From: a virus
DNA length: 64,000 nt
IMG/VR virus record: IMGVR_UViG_3300022689_000116
Span: 1 to 64,000 of that record
Direction: 5' to 3' (one strand)
Shown: positions 1-10,500 of the stretch, in pieces
Layout of the letters: every line of letters begins with the position of its first letter
Position numbering within the stretch: the stretch's first letter is position 1
The notes under the pieces: model-generated
What the model was told of the DNA's origin: nothing
Databases searched by the model: none
The model's input: only the letters and a program-made list of their open reading frames with translations
Position numbers and translations under genes: made by a program

Positions 1-216
1 GAACTTATTGAAGCAACAGAAAATATTGTTGGTAATGACTGGTTTGAGGCTGATGGAACTCCGAATGTTATTAAGGTAGATGACTTTGAAGATTATGAAG
101 CTAAAGAGCAGTTTTTTAATGATACCGATAATAAAGATTTAATTATTACAAAAGGAGCAAGCTTTATAAGCGATGATGAAGATACTATTTTGAAAAAATA
201 TACAAAAAACAATTAA
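1..216 (+). CDS. 3' end of a hypothetical protein (partial)
   Basis: Open frame from base 1 (ELIEATEN...) to TAA at 214-216, 4 nt before the next ATG. Confidence 0.7.
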   Translation, partial: ELIEATENIVGNDWFEADGTPNVIKVDDFEDYEAKEQFFNDTDNKDLIITKGASFISDDEDTILKKYTKNN

Positions 217-220
217 TACA

Positions 221-802
221 ATGAGTTATACATTACAACAAGCTGAGGCTATTGCAAAAGTACCTTTTGGTAAGATTTATCTTGGAGAAGGTATTGATAT
301 TGATGATAGTACTTACAAAGATTTAGCTGATAGTTTTAATCGCAGAGGTTTAAAAACTATTCAGAAAGATAATTACTTCTATGTATGGGATGATATTGGA
401 GAGATTGATCTTAACATTCCTTTACAACAACTTGGTGGTATTATTGCAGGTGGTGGATTCTTTAAAGGTATTCGTTTAGGAATACAAGTTGATAAAAGTA
501 TTTTTAACGATACTGTTCCTGAAGGAGTTCCCGGTTCTGTAAATATTGATAATACCGATCCTGAAAATCCTGTTTATACTCAAAAGACTTTTGAAGAATG
601 GGTTGAAGAATTTGGTTACAAGACTAAGCTCGATGATAGTAATGTTCTTTTCAGAGCAAGTCATGGCGGTAAAATGTTTAATAGTAATGATATTACCCCA
701 CTTCTTTCTTTGATTGGTAGCGGTGTTATGATACTGTTTTGGAGAGAATTTGTAGCTACTTATAATGGGGAAGATTATAATATTGATGAAGAACAAATTT
801 AA
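221..802 (+). CDS. hypothetical protein
   Basis: 193-aa ORF, tightly packed in the + strand operon. Confidence 0.8.
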   Translation: MSYTLQQAEAIAKVPFGKIYLGEGIDIDDSTYKDLADSFNRRGLKTIQKDNYFYVWDDIGEIDLNIPLQQLGGIIAGGGFFKGIRLGIQVDKSIFNDTVPEGVPGSVNIDNTDPENPVYTQKTFEEWVEEFGYKTKLDDSNVLFRASHGGKMFNSNDITPLLSLIGSGVMILFWREFVATYNGEDYNIDEEQI

Positions 803-817
803 TAAATAGTTATACTT

Positions 818-2311
818 ATGAAAAAATTAATTTTTATACTGATGTTGCTTGTAGCATTTGTTGCTATTAAAGCACAAGTTATTCCATCTGGAGTTAGTGG
901 TTATCAACTTAGAACTAATGTGAATAATGCCTTTTCTGCACATGATGATTCTATTACATCTTTGCGTTATGCTACTAATCAGAATTATGGATTTATTTCA
1001 AGTCTTGATGATTCTATTAGTGAAATAAATGATTCTGTTGTAAATTTCAATAATTATATATCTAATATTAATGATTCTATTCCGGTATTACGTGGTCTTA
1101 TTGAAACTACTGTTAATATGGATTATGATACAATAGATTATCTTGACAATAGAGTTGATTCATCTAATATTAATATTTCAAGCTTACAAGATTCTATTCC
1201 TGTACTTAGATCACTAATTGGTAGTGGTGGTAGTGGTTCTATGGATTATGATACTATTGATTATGTTAATACAAGGATTGATTCGATTACACTTAGTTCA
1301 GTTGAAGCAGGAAGTATTGTTTATAAAGATTCTACTGATTATCCTCAATTACCTACTGGACTTGATACTACTTATTACCTAAATGCTACAAATAATTGGT
1401 CTGTTCCCGTTAGTGGTGGTGGTGGAAGTTCAGTATCTGTAATGTATTTTACGAATGCAAATGCTAAAGGAGATACTACTATAACTCATGGTGACTTTTA
1501 CGGTAAGGTTTTAGACGTGGCTGCTGATAGTAATTTTATAATGATTGGTAATACTTCGATCGTTCCTTCTGCAATAACTTTTACTGATTCTACACTAACT
1601 TATGGAACTGGTTTTTCTTCTGTTATCAATGTGGTTTACATAAGGGATTCAGTTGATTTGATTGTTCCTAGAAATTTACTAAATCCACTTGTTGCAAATA
1701 CTGTTGCTTATTATGCTTTTGAAGAAAGTAGTGGTGTTATTACAGATGCTACAGATAGTGCAAATGATGCTACAAGTTCAACGATTACAACTTATTCTGA
1801 AACCGGAATTGTTAATAATGCCATTACTCAAGCTGCAAGTGATGGTTCTGAGGTTCCTGTTTGGACATCATTTTCAAGACCTTTAAGTTATTCTGTTTGG
1901 ATTAACGTTCCAGGTGCTGTAACTGGTACTCAATATATTGTTGGTTGGAGTAATGCTGGGGGTCCTGCTCTTGCTATTACATCCACACAACTTCAATTTA
2001 TAAGACAGCGACAAGCTAATGTTTGTGATTATAATTTTGTTCCAACTGCTTCGACATGGTATCATATTGTATTTACTTATGATGCTAGTGGTAATTATGC
2101 CTTTTATGTTAATGGTAGTTCTGTTAAGACAGGAACGAGTAACGATGCTTCGATCAACTACGATTTAGATTTAAGAGTTGGTTCTAGAGATTTCCATACG
2201 GAATCTTTTATTGGAACAATGGATGAATTAGGTATATTTAATAAAGTACTTAGTCCTACTGAAGTTACAGAACTTTATAATAGTGGTTCTGGACTAACTT
2301 TTCCTTTTTAA
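818..2311 (+). CDS. exported fibre-like protein: signal peptide, coiled-coil stalk, C-terminal LamG/concanavalin-A-like lectin domain
   Basis: MKKLIFILMLLVAFVAIKA-Q signal peptide; heptad-like N-terminal half; Laminin_G_3-like motifs WYHIVFTYD..YAFYVNG and FIGTMDELGIFNKVLSPTEV. Confidence 0.8.
   Translation: MKKLIFILMLLVAFVAIKAQVIPSGVSGYQLRTNVNNAFSAHDDSITSLRYATNQNYGFISSLDDSISEINDSVVNFNNYISNINDSIPVLRGLIETTVNMDYDTIDYLDNRVDSSNINISSLQDSIPVLRSLIGSGGSGSMDYDTIDYVNTRIDSITLSSVEAGSIVYKDSTDYPQLPTGLDTTYYLNATNNWSVPVSGGGGSSVSVMYFTNANAKGDTTITHGDFYGKVLDVAADSNFIMIGNTSIVPSAITFTDSTLTYGTGFSSVINVVYIRDSVDLIVPRNLLNPLVANTVAYYAFEESSGVITDATDSANDATSSTITTYSETGIVNNAITQAASDGSEVPVWTSFSRPLSYSVWINVPGAVTGTQYIVGWSNAGGPALAITSTQLQFIRQRQANVCDYNFVPTASTWYHIVFTYDASGNYAFYVNGSSVKTGTSNDASINYDLDLRVGSRDFHTESFIGTMDELGIFNKVLSPTEVTELYNSGSGLTFPF
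1073..1288 (+). repeat. internal ~40-aa duplication in the stalk
   Basis: DSIPVLRGLI..MDYDTIDYLDNRVDS versus DSIPVLRSLI..MDYDTIDYVNTRIDS. Confidence 0.85.
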
Positions 2312-2323
2312 TAAATTAATGAT

Positions 2324-3979
2324 ATGAAGAAATTAATATTTATATTACTATTGTTTGTTCAAATTATTTCATTTGGACAGTATAGAACTGTACTTAGTGA
2401 AAGTCAAACTTTTATTGTTCCTAGTGATGCTAGTAATAATGAATGGGTTGGTACTATTAGATCATATCCTGAGGTTGAGTTATTAGGTACTTCTATTAAT
2501 TATAGTTTAAAAACTAATTTTCAAAATATTTATTCTGTAGCTGATAGTGGTACTATAGTTATTGCAAACGATATAAATTTAAATATAGGTTTAGATTCTA
2601 TTGAAGTTACTATTACCAAAGGAGCTATTACAAACGATATTTGGTTTTATATACGTTCTGTAGATTTTAACAATGTAACTTTTATTGATTTTGATGGTAC
2701 TTCTGGAGCTGGAACTAGAGCTAGTCCTTTGAATAATTTTGAAACATTTCATACAGGAGATACTATTCTTTGTAAGCGTGGTTCAAGTATATCGAGAACT
2801 CAATTATTTATAAGTGGTATTTCTAATATGTTAATAGGAAGTTATGGTAGTGGAGCAAAACCTATTGTAAGTTGTACTAGTAATGGAGGTAGAGCTATAA
2901 CTATAACTGATAATTCTGATAATATTACATTGAGAGAATTAGATGTAAAGGGCGAAGATTACATTCTTGATGCTGGTGGAAGTACAACTGTTAGTAATGG
3001 TATCTATGTTACTACAAACTCGGATAATGCTAAAATTCTTTATTGTGATATTCATAGGTTTGGTGGTGGGGTTAGTATGTATAATGGTTACATTACTGAT
3101 TTTTCTTGGAATGAAGTTTATAATATTGCTAATGATGGAGTGTTTTTTGCCAATGCTGCATCTATGAGTACTATTAGTATATTAGCCAATGCTAATTATG
3201 TACATGATGTAAATGATAATGATCAAATTTATGATAATGAAAGTCAAGCAAATGGTGATGGTTTTCAATCTGATCATATAGTTACCTATTCAAATAATTT
3301 TGTTGATCGAACGAGTTCTGATTTTAAATTTGCAATTATAGCAGGTAGTGTTGGATGTAATTTTATAAATAATTATTTCAATATGGGAACTGTTTACCAT
3401 AGACCTGCCGTTTACCCTATTACTTCTGGTCATTATTTTAAAGGTAATTATTTTAAAAATGGTGCTTTTGGAGTTTATAATTCAAGTGGTAATCAAACAT
3501 TTGAGTATAATATATTTGATGGATGTGATGATGTAGGTATATTTGGAGCAGGGGCAACACATAATGTTTATAACAATGTATTTTATAATTGTAATGCTGC
3601 ATTGAATACTGGTACTTATACGGCTAAAAACAATGTTCTTTTAAATGTTACAGGACTTGGAACTGGAACGACCACGTGGACTTATAATGTATATTATGGA
3701 ACGACTCCTGAAATAAGTGGAGCAACTAATTATAATTATAATCCTGCATTTATTAATTCTACTCTTGGAGATTTTAGAGTTTTAAGTACTTCTCCTATTG
3801 TTGATATTGGAACGGATGTTAGTTTAACAGTTGATTATTTTAATAATACAGTTCCATATAATACTATTCCTGATATAGGGGTATTTGAATATCAGGGTAT
3901 TGAAACACCTATTGATAATACTAAATATTATTTTAAAGTAAGACGTAATGGTTCTTACTTTTTTAGATATAATAATTAA
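2324..3979 (+). CDS. exported right-handed beta-helix protein (pectin-lyase-like depolymerase or adhesin) with cadherin-like N-domain and choice-of-anchor-Q-like C-terminus
   Basis: MKKLIFILLLFVQIISFG-Q signal peptide; GDTILCKRG and IGSYGSGAKP start of beta-helix; Asn/Gly ladders; GDFRVLSTSPIVDIG..PDIGVFEY. Confidence 0.75.
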   Translation: MKKLIFILLLFVQIISFGQYRTVLSESQTFIVPSDASNNEWVGTIRSYPEVELLGTSINYSLKTNFQNIYSVADSGTIVIANDINLNIGLDSIEVTITKGAITNDIWFYIRSVDFNNVTFIDFDGTSGAGTRASPLNNFETFHTGDTILCKRGSSISRTQLFISGISNMLIGSYGSGAKPIVSCTSNGGRAITITDNSDNITLRELDVKGEDYILDAGGSTTVSNGIYVTTNSDNAKILYCDIHRFGGGVSMYNGYITDFSWNEVYNIANDGVFFANAASMSTISILANANYVHDVNDNDQIYDNESQANGDGFQSDHIVTYSNNFVDRTSSDFKFAIIAGSVGCNFINNYFNMGTVYHRPAVYPITSGHYFKGNYFKNGAFGVYNSSGNQTFEYNIFDGCDDVGIFGAGATHNVYNNVFYNCNAALNTGTYTAKNNVLLNVTGLGTGTTTWTYNVYYGTTPEISGATNYNYNPAFINSTLGDFRVLSTSPIVDIGTDVSLTVDYFNNTVPYNTIPDIGVFEYQGIETPIDNTKYYFKVRRNGSYFFRYNN

Positions 3980-3990
3980 TAATTAAAGTT

Positions 3991-4302
3991 ATGAAAACAG
4001 AAGTTGAAAAATATTTAAAAGATGCTAAGGGTAATAATTCTAGTACTAGATATTTTAGTTATTTATTACTTAAATTCTTTATGTGGTTTAACGCTCTTGC
4101 TTTACCTTTACTTGGAATATTTGCATTTGTATTAAAAGGAGAAGTTAATGCGATAACGATGATGCTAGGTATAAGTAGTGTGTGGTTAGTATTCAATGCT
4201 TTACTTGGAATAATGATATTTGCTCCTAAACAAATGGGTAAAGTTGAAGAAATTAAAGAACTTATTGCATTAGCTACTGGAAATAAAACTGAAAATAAAT
4301 AA
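3991..4302 (+). CDS. small two-TM membrane protein (holin-like)
   Basis: Two hydrophobic segments with charged termini. Confidence 0.55.
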   Translation: MKTEVEKYLKDAKGNNSSTRYFSYLLLKFFMWFNALALPLLGIFAFVLKGEVNAITMMLGISSVWLVFNALLGIMIFAPKQMGKVEEIKELIALATGNKTENK

Positions 4303-4306
4303 ATAT

Positions 4307-4882
4307 ATGATAGCACAAAGTTATATAGTAAAAGATTGGAAAGATATTCCTAATACTGGATTTTATCTTGTTTTTATTCGTAGTAATACATTTATAGCAA
4401 AGGTTATTCATTTAGGAATGTGGTTACTTCAATTCCTAAGGATTAAAGTCTATCCTGAGAAAGTTCCTCAACATAGTGATATTGTTTATAATGGCATTAG
4501 TATTGGAGCATTAGGTAAAGGTATTCATCCTCATTCATTACAATATCGTCATAGGCATACTAAGAAAGATACTGTTATATGGGTATTTGAACCTATTATG
4601 ACTAAACAAGAAAAGGATAAAGTTTGGAAATTTCTACTTGCTCAAGAAGGTGTTTCTTATGAATATACTAATTTTGTTTATCATGCTTGGAGAATATTCA
4701 CTGGTTATTGGAAAGGTCATACTGGTAGATTTTCGATTAATGCTTGGTATTGTGTAGAACTTAGTGCTGCTGCTATTAATACTGTATGGAAAGGATTTAT
4801 TAAAAAACCTTGGGAACTTACTCCTTATAGATTTATTAAAACTGTTGTTGAATATAAACATAAATTCAAAATACCAAAATGA
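4307..4882 (+). CDS. permuted papain-like NlpC/P60 (YiiX/YebB-type) amidase
   Basis: N-terminal His (QHSDIV), G-x-x-Y-x-Y (GVSYEY) and C-terminal catalytic Cys (WYCVEL), the permuted order. Confidence 0.7.
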   Translation: MIAQSYIVKDWKDIPNTGFYLVFIRSNTFIAKVIHLGMWLLQFLRIKVYPEKVPQHSDIVYNGISIGALGKGIHPHSLQYRHRHTKKDTVIWVFEPIMTKQEKDKVWKFLLAQEGVSYEYTNFVYHAWRIFTGYWKGHTGRFSINAWYCVELSAAAINTVWKGFIKKPWELTPYRFIKTVVEYKHKFKIPK

Positions 4883-5256
4883 TGAACATAATAATCTTAA
4901 TAGTATTTCTGACTGTCATAATCCTTGATTCTACAGGGGATTCTTTAATGGACAGTAAACGTAATAAAGAACTTAGTCATCTTTTGAAGGCTATTAATAC
5001 TGGTATATTTATTCTTTTACCATTCTTTTTAAAGGTTGAACTTAACGATATTCTTTGGTATGTTATAGGTTATACTTTATTAAGATTTTCTTTATTTGAT
5101 TATATTTATAATCTTATATCTAAATTACCATTTAATTATATAGGTAAGACTAGTTATTATGACAAACTTCTTAATAAGATTAATCCTGGAAGTTTTATTT
5201 TTGCTAGAGTTATCGCTTTAGTTGCTGGTATTCATATAATTATAACTAAACTTTAA
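4879..5256 (+). CDS. multi-pass membrane protein
   Basis: 3-4 hydrophobic segments; ATGA overlap with the upstream gene. Confidence 0.7.
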   Translation: MMNIIILIVFLTVIILDSTGDSLMDSKRNKELSHLLKAINTGIFILLPFFLKVELNDILWYVIGYTLLRFSLFDYIYNLISKLPFNYIGKTSYYDKLLNKINPGSFIFARVIALVAGIHIIITKL

Positions 5257-5259
5257 ATT

Positions 5260-5916
5260 ATGGCTTCTTTAAAACAATTAGCTACTGAATATATTGATGC
5301 TTTAGGAAAGCCTTTTGATCATCTTTTATATGAAAGAATTAAAGCTCTTATCATACATGAACGATCAACTGAAATTAGACGTAGCGTTCAGAAATATGGT
5401 CTTGATGAAGAATTTCTTCAAAGATATAAGATTACATTAGTTCCGGTTGATGCTTCTGATTTATATGGTGTGAATAGTTATCATAAAGTTTTTAGAAGTG
5501 AGAATAAGATTGCTACTTTGATTAGAGTTCCTAGCGATAGTCCATTCTCTTATGTTGGTGCTGTAGATTTAACAGTTCCATTTCTTTATATTCAACCTTA
5601 TGCTTTAGGTAATATTGATTCTTTACCTGCTTTGAAAGATATTAATAAGTACAGTACTAGAAATGGTTATGTTTACGTTTATACTAAGAATGTTAATCTT
5701 AAAGAGTTAGTAGTTGAGGCACCTTTTGTTAATCCTCATTTAATTGATAATTCTAATTATACTGATGCTAGTATTCCATTTACAGATGATATGGAGTTTT
5801 TTATTAGTGAAGATATGATTCAGAACATTAAAATTAAACTTCTTAAAGGAGAACTATCTGTTACTAATACTTCTGATAAAGAAGTAAATATTGAAGAAGA
5901 TGAAAACGCTAGGTAA
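5260..5916 (+). CDS. putative tail ring protein (crAss-like)
   Basis: 218 aa; size and position upstream of the IHF-like, tubular and stabilisation genes as in crAss-like tail modules. Confidence 0.55.
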   Translation: MASLKQLATEYIDALGKPFDHLLYERIKALIIHERSTEIRRSVQKYGLDEEFLQRYKITLVPVDASDLYGVNSYHKVFRSENKIATLIRVPSDSPFSYVGAVDLTVPFLYIQPYALGNIDSLPALKDINKYSTRNGYVYVYTKNVNLKELVVEAPFVNPHLIDNSNYTDASIPFTDDMEFFISEDMIQNIKIKLLKGELSVTNTSDKEVNIEEDENAR

Positions 5917-6799
5917 AGAAGAACTATATTCTGATTATATAGATGATATTCTAACTGAAATTAAAGGTTTAAGAACTTCTCTAAATGATCAAAGTAAATT
6001 AAAAGATCATTATTTAGAAACTATTATTTCTTATTCAGAATATTATAAATATAGTAAAAATAGTAAACCAATACCTAAAGATCAATTTATTGAAAATATT
6101 AAACATTCAATTATAAGTACCGTTTCTGATAGTTATACTTATGATTCTATTTCTAAACCTACAGATACTGAACATTTAAACATTTTTAAATCATTTATTA
6201 ATAATTTTGTTTATAGAAATAATAGGGTTAAATATCTTAATGGTAAAATTGAAGAACTAAAAACATATCTTATAAGCAAAGAAGATTATATTAAAATAAA
6301 TGATAGTTATAATCAAGAACTTGTTAAATTTCTTTTAGATGGTAATACTTATAGCCTTGGAAGTAGATTGGGAAATATTTATATAGCTGGTAAAGCTCGT
6401 TCTAAGAAGTCTATTGATTGGGGTGAGTCAAATAAGTATAAACAGCAATTACTTGACAGTGGTCAGATTCCCTATAGAAAAGAAGATTCTGAGAAAGCCA
6501 AAGCTCGTGGAGAAGATTATAAAGGTGTAATGTGGTATATATATAATTATAGTAAATATGTATATCATCTCAAATGGACTAAACCATTGTTTGTTAAAAA
6601 TATTAAACTTTTTAGTTTTATTCCATCTATTGCTAACAATACTAAAATGAGTATTGAAAAATTAAAAAATTGTTCTAATTTTAAAGATATTCCAAACCTT
6701 AATATAGGTATGGTACAAAAGATTAAACTTAGTACTGAATATGATAATGATCATTATCGTAAGTATTTAAATAAAAAAGTTAAAGACAATGAATTATAA
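5900..6799 (+). CDS. crAss-like IHF/HU-related protein of the tail module
   Basis: LLDGNTYSLGSRLGNIYIAGKAR resembles the HU/IHF beta-arm; IDWGES motif; synteny. Confidence 0.55.
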   Translation: MKTLGKEELYSDYIDDILTEIKGLRTSLNDQSKLKDHYLETIISYSEYYKYSKNSKPIPKDQFIENIKHSIISTVSDSYTYDSISKPTDTEHLNIFKSFINNFVYRNNRVKYLNGKIEELKTYLISKEDYIKINDSYNQELVKFLLDGNTYSLGSRLGNIYIAGKARSKKSIDWGESNKYKQQLLDSGQIPYRKEDSEKAKARGEDYKGVMWYIYNYSKYVYHLKWTKPLFVKNIKLFSFIPSIANNTKMSIEKLKNCSNFKDIPNLNIGMVQKIKLSTEYDNDHYRKYLNKKVKDNEL

Positions 6800-7595
6800 T
6801 CTTGTTACATCTAAAGAAACTATTGGTAGAGTTTTTAATTCTTATAATATTAAATCTTCTACTTTTATACCAAAGGTTCCTCAGTGGGTTGGTGAAGCTC
6901 TTGGTAAACTTAAACTATACGTTAGTTTACAACCTATGGTAACTAAGATAGAAGTTTCTAATTATAGAGGCTTTGTTCCATCTGGAATTAAACGTATTGA
7001 CGCTGTTTTGTATGAGGGTAAGATATTACCTAGAGTTATAGGTAAACGTTTAGTTAATCCTAATGAGAATTTATTTGATCCTTTATATGTTAGAGATACA
7101 ATACAAAATGTAGAGTATGATGATGAAGGTAACATAACTCAAATAAGAACTGTTGAAAATACAGAGGTTACAGTTTCTGCTGATTATATTACTAGTCGTC
7201 ATAATTATATATTAAATGGAAGTGGTTATTTGGATACTTCTTTTGAAAGTGGTATCATATATTTATATTATGTTGGAATACCTCAAGAATATGATGAAAT
7301 TTCAGGTATTTATTATCCATTAATTCCCGATCTTGAATATTGTAAAGAAGCTATAGTTTGGTATATTCTTATGAACATACTTTATAGTGGATATATTCAT
7401 CCGCTTTTATCACTTACGGCAAATAATAGATATATTAATCCTGCTTTACAGTTTGATTATTATCAACCCAAAGCTAAGAATGAAAGTCTTAGACTTGATA
7501 GAGAACAAAGAGAATTACATAGTAGATTATGGAATTCAGTTGTGATTGATGCAAGTGATTTTGAACATTCTTTTCACCCTAAATATAGTGAGTAA
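6789..7595 (+). CDS. tail tubular/ring protein
   Basis: WVGEALGKL, YLDTSFESGIIYLYY and PLIPD..CKEAIVWY patterns; directly upstream of the stabilisation protein. Confidence 0.65.
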   Translation: MNYNLVTSKETIGRVFNSYNIKSSTFIPKVPQWVGEALGKLKLYVSLQPMVTKIEVSNYRGFVPSGIKRIDAVLYEGKILPRVIGKRLVNPNENLFDPLYVRDTIQNVEYDDEGNITQIRTVENTEVTVSADYITSRHNYILNGSGYLDTSFESGIIYLYYVGIPQEYDEISGIYYPLIPDLEYCKEAIVWYILMNILYSGYIHPLLSLTANNRYINPALQFDYYQPKAKNESLRLDREQRELHSRLWNSVVIDASDFEHSFHPKYSE

Positions 7596-10500
7596 TGGAT
7601 ATTAATAAAGGACTTGTTTTAGATGGTTTAGATATAAATAAACCTAATGGTAGCTGGGCTGTTGCCAAAAATATACTTATTTCAGAAGGTTGGAAGTCTG
7701 TTAAAAACGAATATGGTTTTGATGATTTGGATGATATTGAAGATTATATTCAAACTTTTTATGATGATGAAACTATATATTTTAATGCTGTAAGTTCCAT
7801 TTCTAATGATGAAGATATTTATATATTTGGTAACATTCGAGATGGTAATGATCTATATATGACCATAGTTAAATATGATGATGTTAATGACGAATATAGC
7901 ATTATAATGACTACTTATGAAAGTGGTTTAGATTATATATTTGATCATAGTTTAGTTATTGATATAGTTTATACTTATCTTCCTAATGGTGATTTTGTAT
8001 TAGCATGGTGTAATGGTATTTCTGATACTGCTATCGAACCAATGGTTTTAAATGTTGATACTAGAAATGAGTTTGTTCTTAAAAATAATATACTTGTAAA
8101 TGAAGAATTAATATTTCTATTTCCTAGAACTGATCATACTATTGTTAATACAGAAGTTGTTCAAAATGGAAATCTTCTTCCTGGTGTTTATTATATTACT
8201 GCAAGATTTATATTTGTAGATGATAGTACTAGTGAATGGTGTATGTTATCTCCTGCTGTTAAGATAGGTAGTAATCCTGATGAAATTACTGATGATGCTA
8301 TAAAAATACAAATTGATACTATTCGTGATATTCCTAGAAAAGGTATTGAAATAGCTTATATTCGTAAACATAAAGGAATTGTAAAGGCTTATAGATATGA
8401 AAAATTAAATGATATAGATTCTACAGATATAAGTAGTGTTAATAGGTTTAATGTTGGTACTGGTGTTAGTCTTGGTAATAGAACTGTACGTCATTTAAAT
8501 AGACCTAGAACATCTAGGGGTTTAACTGTAACTAAAGATTCAGATAATGTATTTAGTTATGTTTATGATTACGAATTTGTACTTACTGAAACAAAAGGTT
8601 ATGAAATAGATATTGATTCTATACTTGTAAAAAGAGCATTTTATGATAAATGTGAAACTGTAACTTTAAACAATAATAAACTTTATTTAGGTGGAGTTAA
8701 AGAACAAAAAGTAGATTTACATTATGAAAATTTGGCAAAACAAATCTATGTAGAATATACAGAAAGTACTTATGATAAAGGTGACCCTAAAAATAAAACT
8801 TTTGCCCCTGGTGAAGTTTATTCTCTTTATATTTATTTTGTATTAAAGGATAGTGGTTTATTAAGTATTCCTTATAATATTCCTGGTAGAGATGCAGTAC
8901 TACCTGATGATGCTGATTTTTTAGATTTGGAAAAAGATACTTCTGGAACTGTTCCTTCTAAAGTTGCTGGTTCTATTGAGTTTTCTACAGATTTACTTAA
9001 ACAAGATTATAAAGTAAATGGTATAAATAATATAAGTGTTACACTCATTCTTGGAGAACCTGTTAATTTTGGAGTTAATGATTATATAATGTTTGGAGAT
9101 GATTTTGATATAGAAAGTTCCACATTCGATGATGATTTCTTAGATGTTATTCAATCTTATTATAATACTTTATCTTTAGCAGGTAAAACCCAAAATTTCT
9201 TATTTAGTAGAGTTGTAGATGGTGATGGTAAAAAATTAATTATTACACATGATATTACTAGGATAGATGAAGATTATTGTTATAATAGTGGATATTTTTA
9301 TATTCGAATTCATGATGGTTCTTCTAACGTTACTGATAAATTTACAACAACCAATGAAGAAATAAATATAAAAAGAAGTTTTTTAATGACTGGGGCATAT
9401 ACTCCCAACTATCTTGGTATCAGTCCTGTTACAAATATGATGGGTTATTGGGAAAATGAAAGTTCTGTTGGTGGAGATAAACATCATAGATTTCCAACAC
9501 TTAGAACTTTAAGGTCAAATGGAAATTCTACTTTTGGACTTACTAGTTTTGCAAGGTTAGGTTTGAAAATATATAATATACATATACCTGAAAGTTTTAA
9601 AGATAAAGTTGATTATATAGGTGTAGCTGTAGCTAAAAGAACTAGTGAAGATAAAATGTATTATGGTGAAAGTTTAGCTTTTCCTTATTTTAAAGTTAGT
9701 GGAACTTCAAATCAATATACTACATTTACTCCGGAATTACATAAACATAGATATACTGATTTTCAAGTTTCACCTGCTGCTTCTACCCCTACTTATGATA
9801 CTCATGGATTTGCTCTTTATAATTTTGATATTTTAAATAATGATTTAAGAGTAAATATAAATCAATTTGTACCTGCTTATACTATTAATTATGGAAGTAC
9901 TAAAATTCTTGAATTAATAGGTACTGGAGATATTGCTAGTTATATGGGTTATTTGTTTAATACTAAAAATGCTAGTACAGCTATAAATGCTGAAGAAGTT
10001 GTTAATGTAGATTTTAATGCTATTGTACCTCACAATACTATTTTAAATTATGATTATGATTATGTTTCTGATTATGGAGTAAACACAAATCGATCAAATT
10101 ATAATAGAATAGCTAGGGATAATAATGTTGGTTCTATTTATAATAAGGCTGGTTCTAAACATATTTATTGTTTGACAGAAGATGGTAAAGATTTTTCTAA
10201 TGCTTATGCTACTGCTCCAACACCTTCTTCAAATTTAAATAGAGTGTTTCCTGATTCTGCTGCTACTGGTGGAGAATCTACTGCTGGTTCTAAAACTATT
10301 ACTCATACAGAATTTAAACTTGATTTTGGTTCTATATATTCTTATAAACGTAATGTATATGTTGATCCTAATAATAAAGATTTATTTGTTTTAAACAAAT
10401 TAGTAAGTATTGATGATTTTAATGGTACTATAGAAATTGATAATGATGGTGATTGTGTTATAAGTGAACATTTATTAAATCTTACATCTGATGCTTATAT

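Noticed and set aside
2324-3979. O-glycosylation sequon enrichment or a T9SS C-terminal domain in the beta-helix protein
   Set aside because: Only about two sequons (DSI, DTI), which is background level, and the C-terminus lacks the typical T9SS CTD pattern.
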